In this document: positions 13,353 through 24,664 of the stretch, in pieces | Layout: each line of letters begins with the position of its first letter | Position numbering within the stretch: the stretch's first letter is position 1 | Source of the DNA: Glycera tridactyla | Taxonomy: Eukaryota | Length of the DNA stretch: 64,000 nucleotides | Assembly: GCA_965644265.1 (NCBI GenBank) | Contig: OZ286463.1 | Coordinates: 105,152,001 to 105,216,000, forward strand | Direction: 5' to 3' | Translations under genes and position numbers: made by a program | Notes under the pieces: generated by a model | The model's database searches: none | What the model was told of the DNA's origin: nothing | What the model saw: only the letters and a program-made list of their open reading frames with translations

Positions 13353-14970
13353 GATCATTGACGGATGCTGATGAGAGTCATTAGGATGACCTTTGAGAAG
13401 CCCAAGCATTTCAGCAAGAATCATGCTCTTTTGATACGTTATACCAATACGTATCCCCTGTTACTATACGTCCCCTAGAAGGGGAAATGCTGCAGAAATG
13501 CTCAAGATATCCTCAAGATCCCTACCTCACTCGGTAGAGACAAAAGCCGAGCGAGTTGACTTCTCGATTGATTCATGGATTGATTGAGTGATGATGAATG
13601 TCAGGATACATCTACAACGACGACACACATCAGCAACAACTACGAACATCAGGAACGAAAAAGACAGGCTGTATCATCACATAATATGTAGCTAACGTGG
13701 AACCGGAAGTCGTCCAGTACGAGCATCAGTTCTGACATTCAACATTAACAATAATTTTTTGTATATGATATATACATGTACATTGAATGTAATGAATTTG
13801 TTGAGTGGTTATCATGGTGGCTTTTGAAGATCACTTCGGTGTTCCGATCAGGCACTAGGCAGTGTCAGATGTTATTAGACTGGTATTAGGCATGGGCGAA
13901 TCACTAGTAATAAGATATGCATGTCACGAATGTCGCTTCCAACTACAGTCGTTTCACTGAAGTGACTCTGTTCAACAATTCCCAGTAGATACAATTTCAA
14001 TGGGTGAGAAGCTTTCAGAAAAGCATCCCCTACCCCAGATAGCACCAAATACAAAACCCGGGTAATCATCTACTGAGCACCCAGCTAATGAAACAAACTG
14101 CCACTGACTTGCGGATCAAGTCGGCCACCCCACTTACAATGAATGACTTGTGATACATATCTCCCCGTCACAGGGTGAATGAAGGTGTCAATCGGCGATG
14201 ATGAGTTAGAGTGCTATGCACAATCTCCATATGGTATTGACACCTCTAGATATGGTTCGCACCTCACATCATTAGAACGGATAGAGCTTGCATCACCGAG
14301 TCCATCCAATCAAACGAATAATGACTAACATGAAGCTTAAGAATAAGATAGCCTTGTCGACAGATAACGGCCACGCATTGGACAGATAGACCGGTGCGGA
14401 TATTTGGACATGCAAGTGGGAAGACAGAATGGAAGGAAGAGGCAGTGGGATATGGCGAGACGGAACACTATGAGGAAATATTCATCGTTTGGTTGGTCGT
14501 ATCCAATTAGGCATGCATCAAATGTATCATATATACGGTGTAGCCTAATGATTGTTGGAGATACTGCCACCAAAAAAATGGGGTGCACGATGAATGCAGG
14601 AGGGTGGAAGAATATAGTAAGACTATATTATATGGCTGTGAAGTAAAAACGCAATACCAAACAAGGTGTGAATTTCACCGGATGTCACAAGGCCGACTGA
14701 CAACTGGAGAAATTCACATCAAGTTTGGTATTGTATTTTTACCTGTCGGTCAGATAGTCTTGCTTTTATCACATGGATAGGGGAGAAATCATCAAAGAGT
14801 CTTTCCCAACCAGCTGTGTAGTATCACACGCAATACTTAACACCTCGCGCATGCGTGGGGAGTAGCATACAAGCGCCGAGCCAGGGGAAGGAAATCGCCT
14901 AATACGTAAACACAAAACTACGGAATGTCGTCGCAGGAGCACGAAAAAACAAGATGAAATACCAGAGGCT

Positions 14971-17421
14971 ATGCAGGACAAGTCTGATGGGAAGAAAGAA
15001 GATACTGATGATGAAATCCCAGGGAGAAGAACCAGGGCAAGAACAAGGATTGCAGGATCCAAGATGGTGGACTCGAGGTACCGATCCGTAACGCCAAAAC
15101 CTCGTCAAGCCGAACAGGGCACAGTGAGTAAACGTGCAAATTCCGTGCCACCTCTGGGCCCCACTCACTCTGAACAGAACTCAAAAGTGATCTTGCACCA
15201 TAACGACATAACTGATACCGGGTCACTACTGACAGCCTGCTATCACATGAATCCATAGATTCCTATGCACTTACAGACTCAGAAATCGAAAAATCAGTCT
15301 CATGTTTAGAAGGGGGTGGTCCTGATACGGAGGTCAACTATAGGGAACTGTCGGAAAGCGTAGATGATGAGACAAGTACTCAACTGACTGATCAGTCTGT
15401 CCCACCGTTTCACCATACTGGAGATGAAAGCCTAACCGACGAACAGCTCGCCTTCGAATTTTCACTGTCAGAATCGTTCATCGCACAACATAGTGAAACC
15501 CCCTCGAGCGCTGTCATTCATGAACTGCACGAGTCACTCAGCCATGACACACCTTTACACGCCTCAACTCAAGCAGAGACATGTAAACAACATCGGCTAA
15601 CTGGTGTCCCTGACCCCAGTCAGCTGTTTGACCTGACACAGCATGACATATCTCAAGCAGGTGAGAAATGCGATTCCAACAAACACCAGACAGATGAGAC
15701 TGCTATAGAGCCCTCAAGGGCCTCCGTGACTACTCAGGATCAGTCAACAAATACGACCCCGTCAAAAGTCAGTGACATAAAAACAGAAGTCACGCGCCAC
15801 TTTCGAGAGTTACTCACTTCTAAAGACATACGAAAGACAGTCGGAGAAATAGTCTCCGAAAAGCTAAAGTCTGAAATTATACCACATAACGCTAGCACTG
15901 ACACTGTATCAAAGCTTGCGAAAGAAGTGTGTGAGACATATGTAACTGAACACGTCCCCACCATGATAAACGCCTCCGTAGTTGCATCACAATTGGAGTT
16001 CGAAACACAGTTGGATAATATAGAGAGAAACTTAGGAGAAGCGGTTATCTCTACTTGTGATGCACGATTAGAGGCATCTATACCATGTTTGCTTGAAAAA
16101 ACAACTGACCTCCTTCGAACGGGATTGGCAAGACAATATGGAGTCATATGTTGATGATTCAATTGTAGCGGCCAGAAAGGAAGATGGTGAAACTAATGGT
16201 TACGTGATGAAGTGTGTTGCAGAGCTTACAATCTAGGTCGATGGCCATGACGCCATCATTAAAGAATCAGACAAAAAATTGAACGGTCTAATGGAACAGA
16301 TCAAAACCGAACTTGAAGCGAGAAGAGAATGTGGCTTGCCCCCAGGGTTCCTCGATGAGTTCAAGGAGATGAAATCGACGGTCAATGCATCCGCGCTGAA
16401 GGTCACTTCCCATGATGGTGACATCGATGTCCTGCAGAAGAACGACAGATTGAATATCATTGTCATTGATGGTTTACCTTTTCGGAAAGACATTATTCTG
16501 ATTGACCAGGCACTCACTATCATAAATGAGAGAACAGGCCTTGGCCTGACAAAGGGTGACATTTGTCGAATATCTAGAATTGGTCCGTTACGTGGTAAAG
16601 ATATTCCCCGTCCAGTCAAAATCCGTTTTATCAATCCCAATATCAGGAAAGATATTCTCATAAAGAAAGGAAATGTTCGCAACTCAAATATCACCTTCCG
16701 AGAACTCTTGACAAATCGCGAGACGCAAATTCTCCAGAAAGCCCGCGATGCAAAAGAAGAAGGGCATTTAGACAGCGTCTGGACTCGTGATGGAAGGATC
16801 TATGCCTCCAAAAACAAAAAACGCGATAGACTGCCTCTTTTCTCACTTAATCGGTTAAATGAAATCTGTCAAAAACGAGGCGCCGGTCGTCCATCCGGGG
16901 ACACTCCACACAGATCACAACCACTACCCAATACTGATGACACATCCAATAGATATGATGACTCCCTCTCCAGACCAGACTCCGCCAATAAAACACTGGG
17001 AGATGACACACTCAACTCGAGCGACTCTAAAATATCAGAACCTAAAAAGAGCTACCGCAGAAAACCAAAACCGAAAAGTACAACAAAAGATTCCAGTGAA
17101 ACGAAAGCCATGACTGTCTTGCAGGAATGGCTGGCAAAAGCACGCGAAGAAGACGCGCTTAAAAAGAGTGCTACGCCATCTAGAGGTAGCGCGTTGAATA
17201 CCGTACCTATAGACCCGCTAGAGGACAGTTTCCTCAAGCCGAAGAAGTTCGTCAAAGCTAACACGGTCACACGAGCTGGCGAGTCGGTGTTCAATACGAA
17301 CGTATACAATAAGCTTGCCGAATCAACAGCATAAATCAACATGTTCCTGCAGGACAGCGCCAACAAAATTGATTCCTTCATGCGTACGAACAGCCGAGCT
17401 TTTTTGGTTAGTACCTTATAG
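14971..17421 (+). pseudogene. LINE ORF1, disrupted: disordered N-terminus, coiled-coil, L1-ORF1p-like RRM + CTD
   Basis: Track ORFs 14971-15258, 15726-16154 and 16279-17334 join via a 1-nt frameshift near GGG 15220-15222 (long open frame SYALTDSEIEKS...RASVTTQDQ), a +1 shift at A6 16096-16101 and an in-frame TAG at 16234. Motifs NIIVIDGLP, ICRISRIG, RPVKIRF, ITFRELLT and VWTRDGRIY match this ORF1 class. The start is uncertain; the frame may extend past TAA 17332 to TAG 17419-17421. Confidence 0.75.
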
Positions 17422-17627
17422 TATACACTCTTCCATGTGCTGTAAATTGCACTACACATTTTGTTTATACGTGTTCGTTCAGCTGTGACGTTAGGACCCA
17501 ACATACGCGAACTCAAGCGTAACTGATTATGTCACAAAATTAACCGCCTGACAATCATCTCATGATGTAAACGCCCATGTCCAAATAACGCCAATATTCT
17601 TACCTAACAAAAACCCGATTGTTGTAG

Positions 17628-18605
17628 ATGACAGAGAGTGAGAGCAGCGAACTTGCGGAACAACGCTTAATTGTGGATGAAAATTTAGGACCCGTAAATC
17701 GCTGGCGATGGGACCTAGCATGGACTGGAGAACCTAGCGTGCTGGTAATTGGCTCGAGCCACGTAAGGCGACTAGGTGAGAATATTCCATCAATCCAGAA
17801 TGAATCAATTAAAAGAGTCATGTCAAATTGGCAATTCCATGGAATTGGCGGTGCACAATGGAACACCTTTGAGGCCGAGTTCCAAGGGGTCTTTCTGAAT
17901 AAGGACCGTGAGAGACGTTATGGAAACACACTTACGAAAATTGAAGACTCTCTTATTGACCCGGATTTCATCATCGTTGCTCTGGGATCAAACGACGCAG
18001 ACTCTTTTGATCAGAAATTATTCAACATACATCAACGCGACCCGAGACTAAAAAAACGCCATCTACTCGCATCACAGAACGATTTCTTACACTCGCTGTA
18101 CCCGAAATTTCGTGATACAATATGGCTCATTAGAGGCCTCTTTCCAAATGCAGAGCTGTGTCACCTCCCAGCGCTATGGAGACCATACTGGGCTATTGAG
18201 ACCCTCCAGGTGGCGGTCGCTATAGATCTCTTCATAAAGAATATATGCAATCAGTTCATCCCAACCACAATCAAATTTATCAAAACCAACTTGCTGTTTG
18301 ATGTCACCCACAAACACGAGTTTATGCACAAGGGTTTTGCGGGTCAGACAAAAGTAAAAAAATTCTCCATGGACTTCGGAGACATCATGCAGGGACTCAT
18401 GGATCAAGATATGACCCACCTTAATGAAATGGGATATCATGTTCTTGCAATCTGTGTCGTGGGCGGGCCTATTGAAGCTTGGGTCAAGTCACATGTGGCA
18501 ATGAGCTGTAAACCTGGATCTCGAGGTGCTAAACGCAGAGCTAACAAATCGAATGTAAATGAGGCTGAGAATAAGCTGACTAAAAGAGAGGAAGCTGTCA
18601 AGTAG
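17628..18605 (+). CDS. SGNH/GDSL-type esterase (325 aa), free-standing ORF inside the LINE
   Basis: Four SGNH blocks in correct order: VLVIGSSH (S44), HGIGG (72-75), IVALGSND (120-123), DMTHLNEMGY (D261/H264); ORF uninterrupted. Confidence 0.8.
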   Translation: MTESESSELAEQRLIVDENLGPVNRWRWDLAWTGEPSVLVIGSSHVRRLGENIPSIQNESIKRVMSNWQFHGIGGAQWNTFEAEFQGVFLNKDRERRYGNTLTKIEDSLIDPDFIIVALGSNDADSFDQKLFNIHQRDPRLKKRHLLASQNDFLHSLYPKFRDTIWLIRGLFPNAELCHLPALWRPYWAIETLQVAVAIDLFIKNICNQFIPTTIKFIKTNLLFDVTHKHEFMHKGFAGQTKVKKFSMDFGDIMQGLMDQDMTHLNEMGYHVLAICVVGGPIEAWVKSHVAMSCKPGSRGAKRRANKSNVNEAENKLTKREEAVK

Positions 18606-19276
18606 GCGGAAGGCACTCGTGGAGCACCTGAGTCTCCTTGATCAGCTATCCTTGTATTAGGCCCAAAAAGAAACAAATCTGACTGAGATCAAGGTGTATA
18701 GTGATACATGCCACTTCAGACACTATGTCATATCCACGCATCTACCAGTGATGCGTGTGTGGTAGTATTGCTCATGAGCAACCACCAGGCAACATTGTAA
18801 CTCAATCATATTTGCCAAATTTGATGGCGACACATCTCACCGCACTCATTACTCTATACCTTAATTGATCTCGCACACCTGTTTTAGATAGTTAACTCCA
18901 CACTGGATCGCTCACCAGGTAGTACTCAACACAATGCAACAGTAACATCAATGGTGAAGTATCAACATGTTGTCACTTATGTATCCCAGTTTAATCGATT
19001 GATATCTGAGTTGGTATTTGTTGTACATACGTGCTTATTTGATTTTGTATTGAACTGCCCAACAAACTCAAATGAAATTAGTCCAATCTATTCTGATGTG
19101 TACTGGGGTACTTATTGGGTGGATGGTTACGTGAAATCACTATACTTGCTTTCTTGTTGAATTGTACCACAAGGTAATTTTGAATATTGTAAAAAGTTCA
19201 CACAATACTTCTCAGACTACCAGCAAACGACAAACCTAAAACAATGTCCTCTCCAGCTAGGTCCTGCCCTAAAAAC

Positions 19277-19405
19277 TGACCTGGTAGGTACACGTGGTGC
19301 GCCTGAAGGTTGGTTTTCGACTGAAATCGAATTACACCATTACCTTTTGGAGCCATTCCCCCCTCTGAAAATGACCTGGTAGGTTCACGTGGTGCGCCTG
19401 AAGGT
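19277..19405 (+). repeat. 34-bp direct repeat pair in the esterase-ORF2 spacer
   Basis: TGACCTGGTAGGT(A/T)CACGTGGTGCGCCTGAAGGT at 19277-19310 and 19372-19405, one mismatch. Confidence 0.95.
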
Positions 19406-19643
19406 CATACATAAGGTCAACCCGAAATCAACAGCTCAAAAATCAACAAATGTATTTCCTACTAGGAATCGAAATGAGAAAAATAGGCGACTTCAAACTC
19501 CCCTATTCTCCCCTCACCACACTTTCCCAACTGATAGAAGTTTAATATTTTTTTATTTCAAAACAGTTCCCCTTTCAGACCCCTGTCTGTCGTTGGCTTG
19601 ACTAGTTTGAATCGCAAATCACGCTAGCTAAGCTAGCTATACT

Positions 19644-22600
19644 ATGTTTTCACCATCATCTTCAATTTCATCATCATCAACTGTGACATCATTTACCACT
19701 GGCCAGAATGATCAGACCCAATGCGCTCCGATTCCGAACAGTCACAATGTATGGCAAGATCTGAACCCACTCATCACCCGGACCAACGCTGCTGGCACCC
19801 ATAATGATATTCCGAAGATTACTGCAGACAACATGGAAGATATAACATGTTCCTCAGACCTAAGTCGCCTAAGCGGAGTTAAATTTGGCTATCTTAATAT
19901 CCAGAGCTTAATAAGGAAAGTCTCGGATTTAGAAATACTTCTTCAAAATAGCAAACTAGATGTACTCTGCTTAGGCGAGACATTTCTAAATTCTTCAATA
20001 AATTCTGACGAACTGCAGATAAACGGCTACAATCTTATCAGATTCGATAGGGATGGTGGCGTTGGTCTGAGGGGCGGAGGTGGCCTGGTTATCTATTTTA
20101 AAAACCACCGATTGGTTGAATTGCAGAATGACTGGTGCATTTGTAATGAAGATGTTGAATGCCTTTGGGTAAAGCTCTCGCTTCCATATACTAGACCTAC
20201 TTACCTTGCAGCCATTTATAGACCGCCACAAGGCAATCCTCGCAATGCTCTTGATATCATGGACAACAAACTTCTAGATATACACCAGAAGGGGGTCTGT
20301 GACATAATAATACTTGGCGATGATAATATTGACACATTGAAGCTTACCGCCAACCGTCGACTAATAACTGACTTCTGCAGCACAAATCATCTGGAACAGC
20401 TTATCAAATTACCCACGAGGGTAATTATAAAGAATGCCCCAAGTGCCGGGTGCGGGGATCGATTACCAGCCGAGTAGCGTGTCCCGGAGGAGGCACGAGT
20501 GGCCAGAGGCCACGAGTGCCTCCTCCGGGACACGCTACGAGGGGGATTCTTGATTTATCATTCGATCCTTCAGTTTGACAAGATAAATTAAACATTTGAA
20601 AGCTTTAGAAGTTTGAAAATCCCGCCGAGAATGACGCGATCGCTGACGTGTTACTTAGAACGCATTTCAGTTGACCTTTGACCGCGATTGTTCTGTAGCC
20701 AATGAGCGTTAAGAGATCGTGTCACGTGACTAGGCTCGCGAGCGTGCGGTTCGATTTTAGATTACCACCCGGTAGCGAACCACCACGATGAACGACGATT
20801 ACCAGCATGATGGAGCCTCGATCGGATGATAACTGACACTACATCGACATGTCTCGACCATATCTTTGTATTAAACTCCTCTCTCTATCGATTTGGAAGC
20901 TGCATAGATTTGGGTTTGTCAGACCATGCACTGATATTCACTTCTAGGAAAAAAGAAAAGCGCTACAGGAAAAAGAAGGTCATATATTTAAGGAACTATA
21001 AAAATGCAAATTACGTTGCTCTTTCCGACAGACTCATTTCTATGCAGCTGTCTATGAGCTCAGAGATGCCTACAGATGCTGAGTTTGATGATAGCGTGAC
21101 TTTTATACTTAAGGAAGTCTCGAGGGTCATAGATGAGTGTATACCACCCAAAAAATACACAGTGAGAGAGGGGTGCCCAGATTGGGTCACCGGGGAGTAC
21201 CTTGACCTAGTTAAGGATAGAGAGACTGCTAGCCACAGGTACAAACTAATGCCATCACCAGAAAATTCAGTGATTAAGAAACGCCTCCAAAAGGAAACAA
21301 AAATGCTAAAAAGACATCTTCAGAGATCTTACCTGGACGATCAATTGAGTCAAAACAAAAATGACAGCAAGAAAATGTGGAAAACCATCAACACTTTTTG
21401 GAAAAATGGCAAAGGCAGGAGTCCCATAAACAAGATTCAAGACAGTACAGACCCTGATGAAATTCCCGAAATACTGAATCAGTTTTTCTCTACTATAGGG
21501 AACAACCTCTCGAAGAAAATACCTCCTGGTTCATTAGACGCCTTAAAATGCCTCTCACCCCAACCAATAGACATCTTCGAATTCAACAGAGTTAGCGTTG
21601 AACAAGTCAAAGAAATCATTAGAGCACTCAATCCCTCAAAAGCAGGCAGGGATGACGGACTACCGACAAAAGTTATCATCAGTTGCATAGACGCTATAGC
21701 CCCCATTCTGCTAGAAATCTTTAACACGAGCATTAAAATAGGTCATTTTCCAGAAACATGGAAAGTTGCAACTATAATTCCGCTTTACAAAGAAAAAGAC
21801 CAGACGCCTCTCACCTGCAAGTAAGATCCTAGAGAGAATAATTCAACAACAACTTTATAACCATGTGGAGCGCATGGGTCTGCTGTGTCGGGAGCAGTCT
21901 GGGTTCAGGAGGGGACCATCCACTGGCACCTGCCTGCTGGAATACCTGGATAATATCTATCGAGGTATTGAGTGGGGGGGTGTCACTGGAACTATCTTCC
22001 TGGACCTAAAGAAGGCCTTCGACACGGTGGACCATGCGCTCCTCATACAGAAGCTAAGTCTCATGGGGATCAGCGAGTCTGCCACTGATTGGTTGTCTAG
22101 CTATCTGTCTGATAGGAAATGCGAAACCAGGGTTGGAAATTGTATCTCGTCAAGGCAGAATATCACGTGTGGCGTTCCTCAGGGATCGATACTAGGGCCA
22201 CTTTTGTTTAGTCTTTACATAAATGATTTGCCATCGTACCTGAGGAGCGCCACATCGTCTATCGCATCAGATGTTGCCTCTTCGTTGTGTATCACATCAA
22301 TGTTATATGCTGATGATACTGCCCTGAGCGTAACGTGTGAGAATCATTTACTCATGAAGAAGACCCTGGATCATATTTTGTTGGAGGTATGCAACTGGAT
22401 GAATGCCAATAGATTGTCGCTCAATTTAGTAAAGACTAAATTCATGGTACAGGGCTTGCCATCACATTTAAGTCCCTTCAAGGGTATAATTGTAGGTACG
22501 GAAGATCACACATTGGAGACAGTCACCAAAATGAAATATCTGGGGATAGTACTAGACCCGGAGCTTACTTTTAAACACCATGTCGCGCATATACAGTCTA

Positions 22601-23127
22601 AAACAATGGGCAGGATCGGTGTCTTGGGTAGGCTGCGTTCAATAATCAGAAAACCTACAGCCCTTCACCTATACAAGACACTTGTCCTGCCTCTTTTTGA
22701 CTATGCAGACGTGGTGTTTAACTGTCTTTCCCAACGTGATGCGTTTACATTACAAAAACTCCAAAATATTTGCATGCGCATCATATCGGTAAAACCTAGA
22801 CATTACAGCACAGCTGAACTCCATCATGAACTAGAACTTCAACCTCTTGTCACTCGACGCTCGATTCACGAACTCATTCATGTGAATAAGTCTCTGAATG
22901 GACTTTGGACTGGGTCTCCAATGTGTGAACTCGATGTTAAAGAACATGCTCATGCTACGCGCTCCAAGGAGAAACCATTTTTAAAATTGGAAAGACTTCG
23001 TTACAAATTAAGCGAAAAGAATTTCAGAAACCGAGCGGCAATAAATTGGAATCATGTATTGGCTACTGTTCCTGAGTTCGGCATCATGCCTCCATTATCG
23101 TTTAAAAAGTTTGTCAAAACATTATAA
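19644..23127 (+). pseudogene. LINE ORF2 (AP endonuclease + reverse transcriptase), interrupted by an insertion and a deletion
   Basis: APE motifs YLNIQSL, LCLGETFL, GGGLVIY, IYRPPQG, ILGDDN, PTRV/TDTTSTCLDHI, SDH; RT motifs QSGFR, FLDLKKAFDTVDH, GVPQGSILGPLLF, YADD; CR1/L2-type C-terminus LPLFDYADVVF...LQKLQN. Broken at 20425-20832 and by a frameshift at ~21806. Confidence 0.95.
20425..20832 (-). mobile_element. 408-bp non-autonomous DNA element inserted in the endonuclease domain (Helentron/HINE-like or Crypton-like; strand tentative)
   Basis: Removing it restores the frame and the PTRVTDTTSTCLDHI motif; TAA at both junctions (20422-20424, 20830-20832); perfect 23-bp hairpin stem 20474-20496/20516-20538; 13-bp inverted repeat 20555-20567/20820-20832 with one mismatch. 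Confidence 0.85.
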
Positions 23128-23752
23128 CAAATTATATGATAGCCCTCTCTACCCTGTTGTATACTGTTTATACATTGCTGTCATATCTTATATAATGCAA
23201 GACTCAATATCATGCTAGATTTCTACACCAATATACTTTGGGATACCTACTTGATGATATTGTCACCTCATCCGCATCTCATTCATCTCATCTCACCCAC
23301 TCCACTGTAAATTTTCCATTACGACTCATTATTTTCATATTGTATTATATGTTACATTTATTCGTCATTCTGAAGAAGTACACCATTGTATTGTGTATAA
23401 TTGTAATTGGCGAAATAAAATAAAAGTTATGAATCAAAAAAAAAATACTTCATCAAAAATGGCAGATCCATTGGATATTGAATTGAACGACATGGATGAG
23501 TTGATGTACCGATAGTTGAATGGTTTGATGATCGGACAGATAGACGGAGAGACAGACAGGCACGTCGAGAGATATTCAGCTAGTAATTTGAGCAGATATC
23601 GCCCAATCTTCCCCACTGCACCATTGATCAAATATGGTTTTGCAGTGTTTTCTGTTCAACAAAGAGTGACATCCCTCGCACAGAGTTCATAACCACTAGT
23701 GAGAAGCTAGCGAATGTGACGTACATCGGGCAAAACTGGTATTTCAGTTGGA

Positions 23753-24211
23753 NNNNNNNNNNNNNNNNNNNNNNNNNNNNNNNNNNNNNNNNNNNNNNNN
23801 NNNNNNNNNNNNNNNNNNNNNNNNNNNNNNNNNNNNNNNNNNNNNNNNNNNNNNNNNNNNNNNNNNNNNNNNNNNNNNNNNNNNNNNNNNNNNNNNNNNN
23901 NNNNNNNNNNNNNNNNNNNNNNNNNNNNNNNNNNNNNNNNNNNNNNNNNNNNNNNNNNNNNNNNNNNNNNNNNNNNNNNNNNNNNNNNNNNNNNNNNNNN
24001 NNNNNNNNNNNNNNNNNNNNNNNNNNNNNNNNNNNNNNNNNNNNNNNNNNNNNNNNNNNNNNNNNNNNNNNNNNNNNNNNNNNNNNNNNNNNNNNNNNNN
24101 NNNNNNNNNNNNNNNNNNNNNNNNNNNNNNNNNNNNNNNNNNNNNNNNNNNNNNNNNNNNNNNNNNNNNNNNNNNNNNNNNNNNNNNNNNNNNNNNNNNN
24201 NNNNNNNNNNN
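23753..24211. other. Assembly gap (N run)
   Basis: Continuous Ns. Confidence 0.99.
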
Positions 24212-24664
24212 CCATCCGGAAGCGGAAGTATTCCTATCAGCATGAAAACCCTGACTGCTGTGATATGTATGCGCATGTGGTGATATACATGTCTGACTTA
24301 ATGCTCGGCTCGGCCTGATATCTGCAGCATCCACTAGTTGTTAATGGATGGCCCGCAGATGATCTAGCACCAGTTTAATCCAGCATGCGATGCACGTGCA
24401 GGCTGGCGTCACCCCTGCTGCTCAAGGTTGCGCCATCTAAATGGATACAGCAGTTGCAGGTGCAACCACATTCAGGTCACTCTCAACGTGTGATCAGCTT
24501 CTTCTTATGTATCAGTGTAAATAGGGATTCATTCATTGAACTATGTGAGTACTGAAAAACAAGCTACATCTGTCCGAAAAAGGCAAAGTACCTTGGCGCT
24601 TGACCCAGGACATAGTTACTACGGCACGTGTGGCTATTCTTTTTCCCCGATTTGGTGGTATTTA

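Larger units (their letters stand above)
14850..23445 (+). mobile_element. Near full-length non-LTR retrotransposon, CR1/L2 group (Crack-like), three-ORF architecture, inactivated
   Basis: Co-linear + strand ORF1-like region, SGNH esterase ORF and APE-RT ORF2; 3' UTR ends with AATAAA (23414, 23419) and an A10 tail (23436-23445). The 5' boundary is approximate and no TSD was found. Confidence 0.85.

Noticed and set aside
13360-13410. Hammerhead ribozyme at CTGATGA (also checked at 63482)
   Set aside because: No GAAA core follows a closed stem II and no stems I/III were found
14825-14910. HDV-like ribozyme at the LINE 5' end (CACGCA/TGCGTG pairing, CCTCGC, CTAA)
   Set aside because: No P3 stem can be formed and P2 is mismatched; GCGCATGCG is more simply an NRF1-like palindrome
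11475-23633. 33-bp similar direct repeats at 11475-11507 and 23601-23633 (17-bp exact core TGCACCATTGATCAAAT) as a TSD of the large LINE
   Set aside because: The right copy is ~155 bp beyond the A tail, the left is ~3 kb from ORF1, and there are five mismatches; more likely fragments of a dispersed repeat
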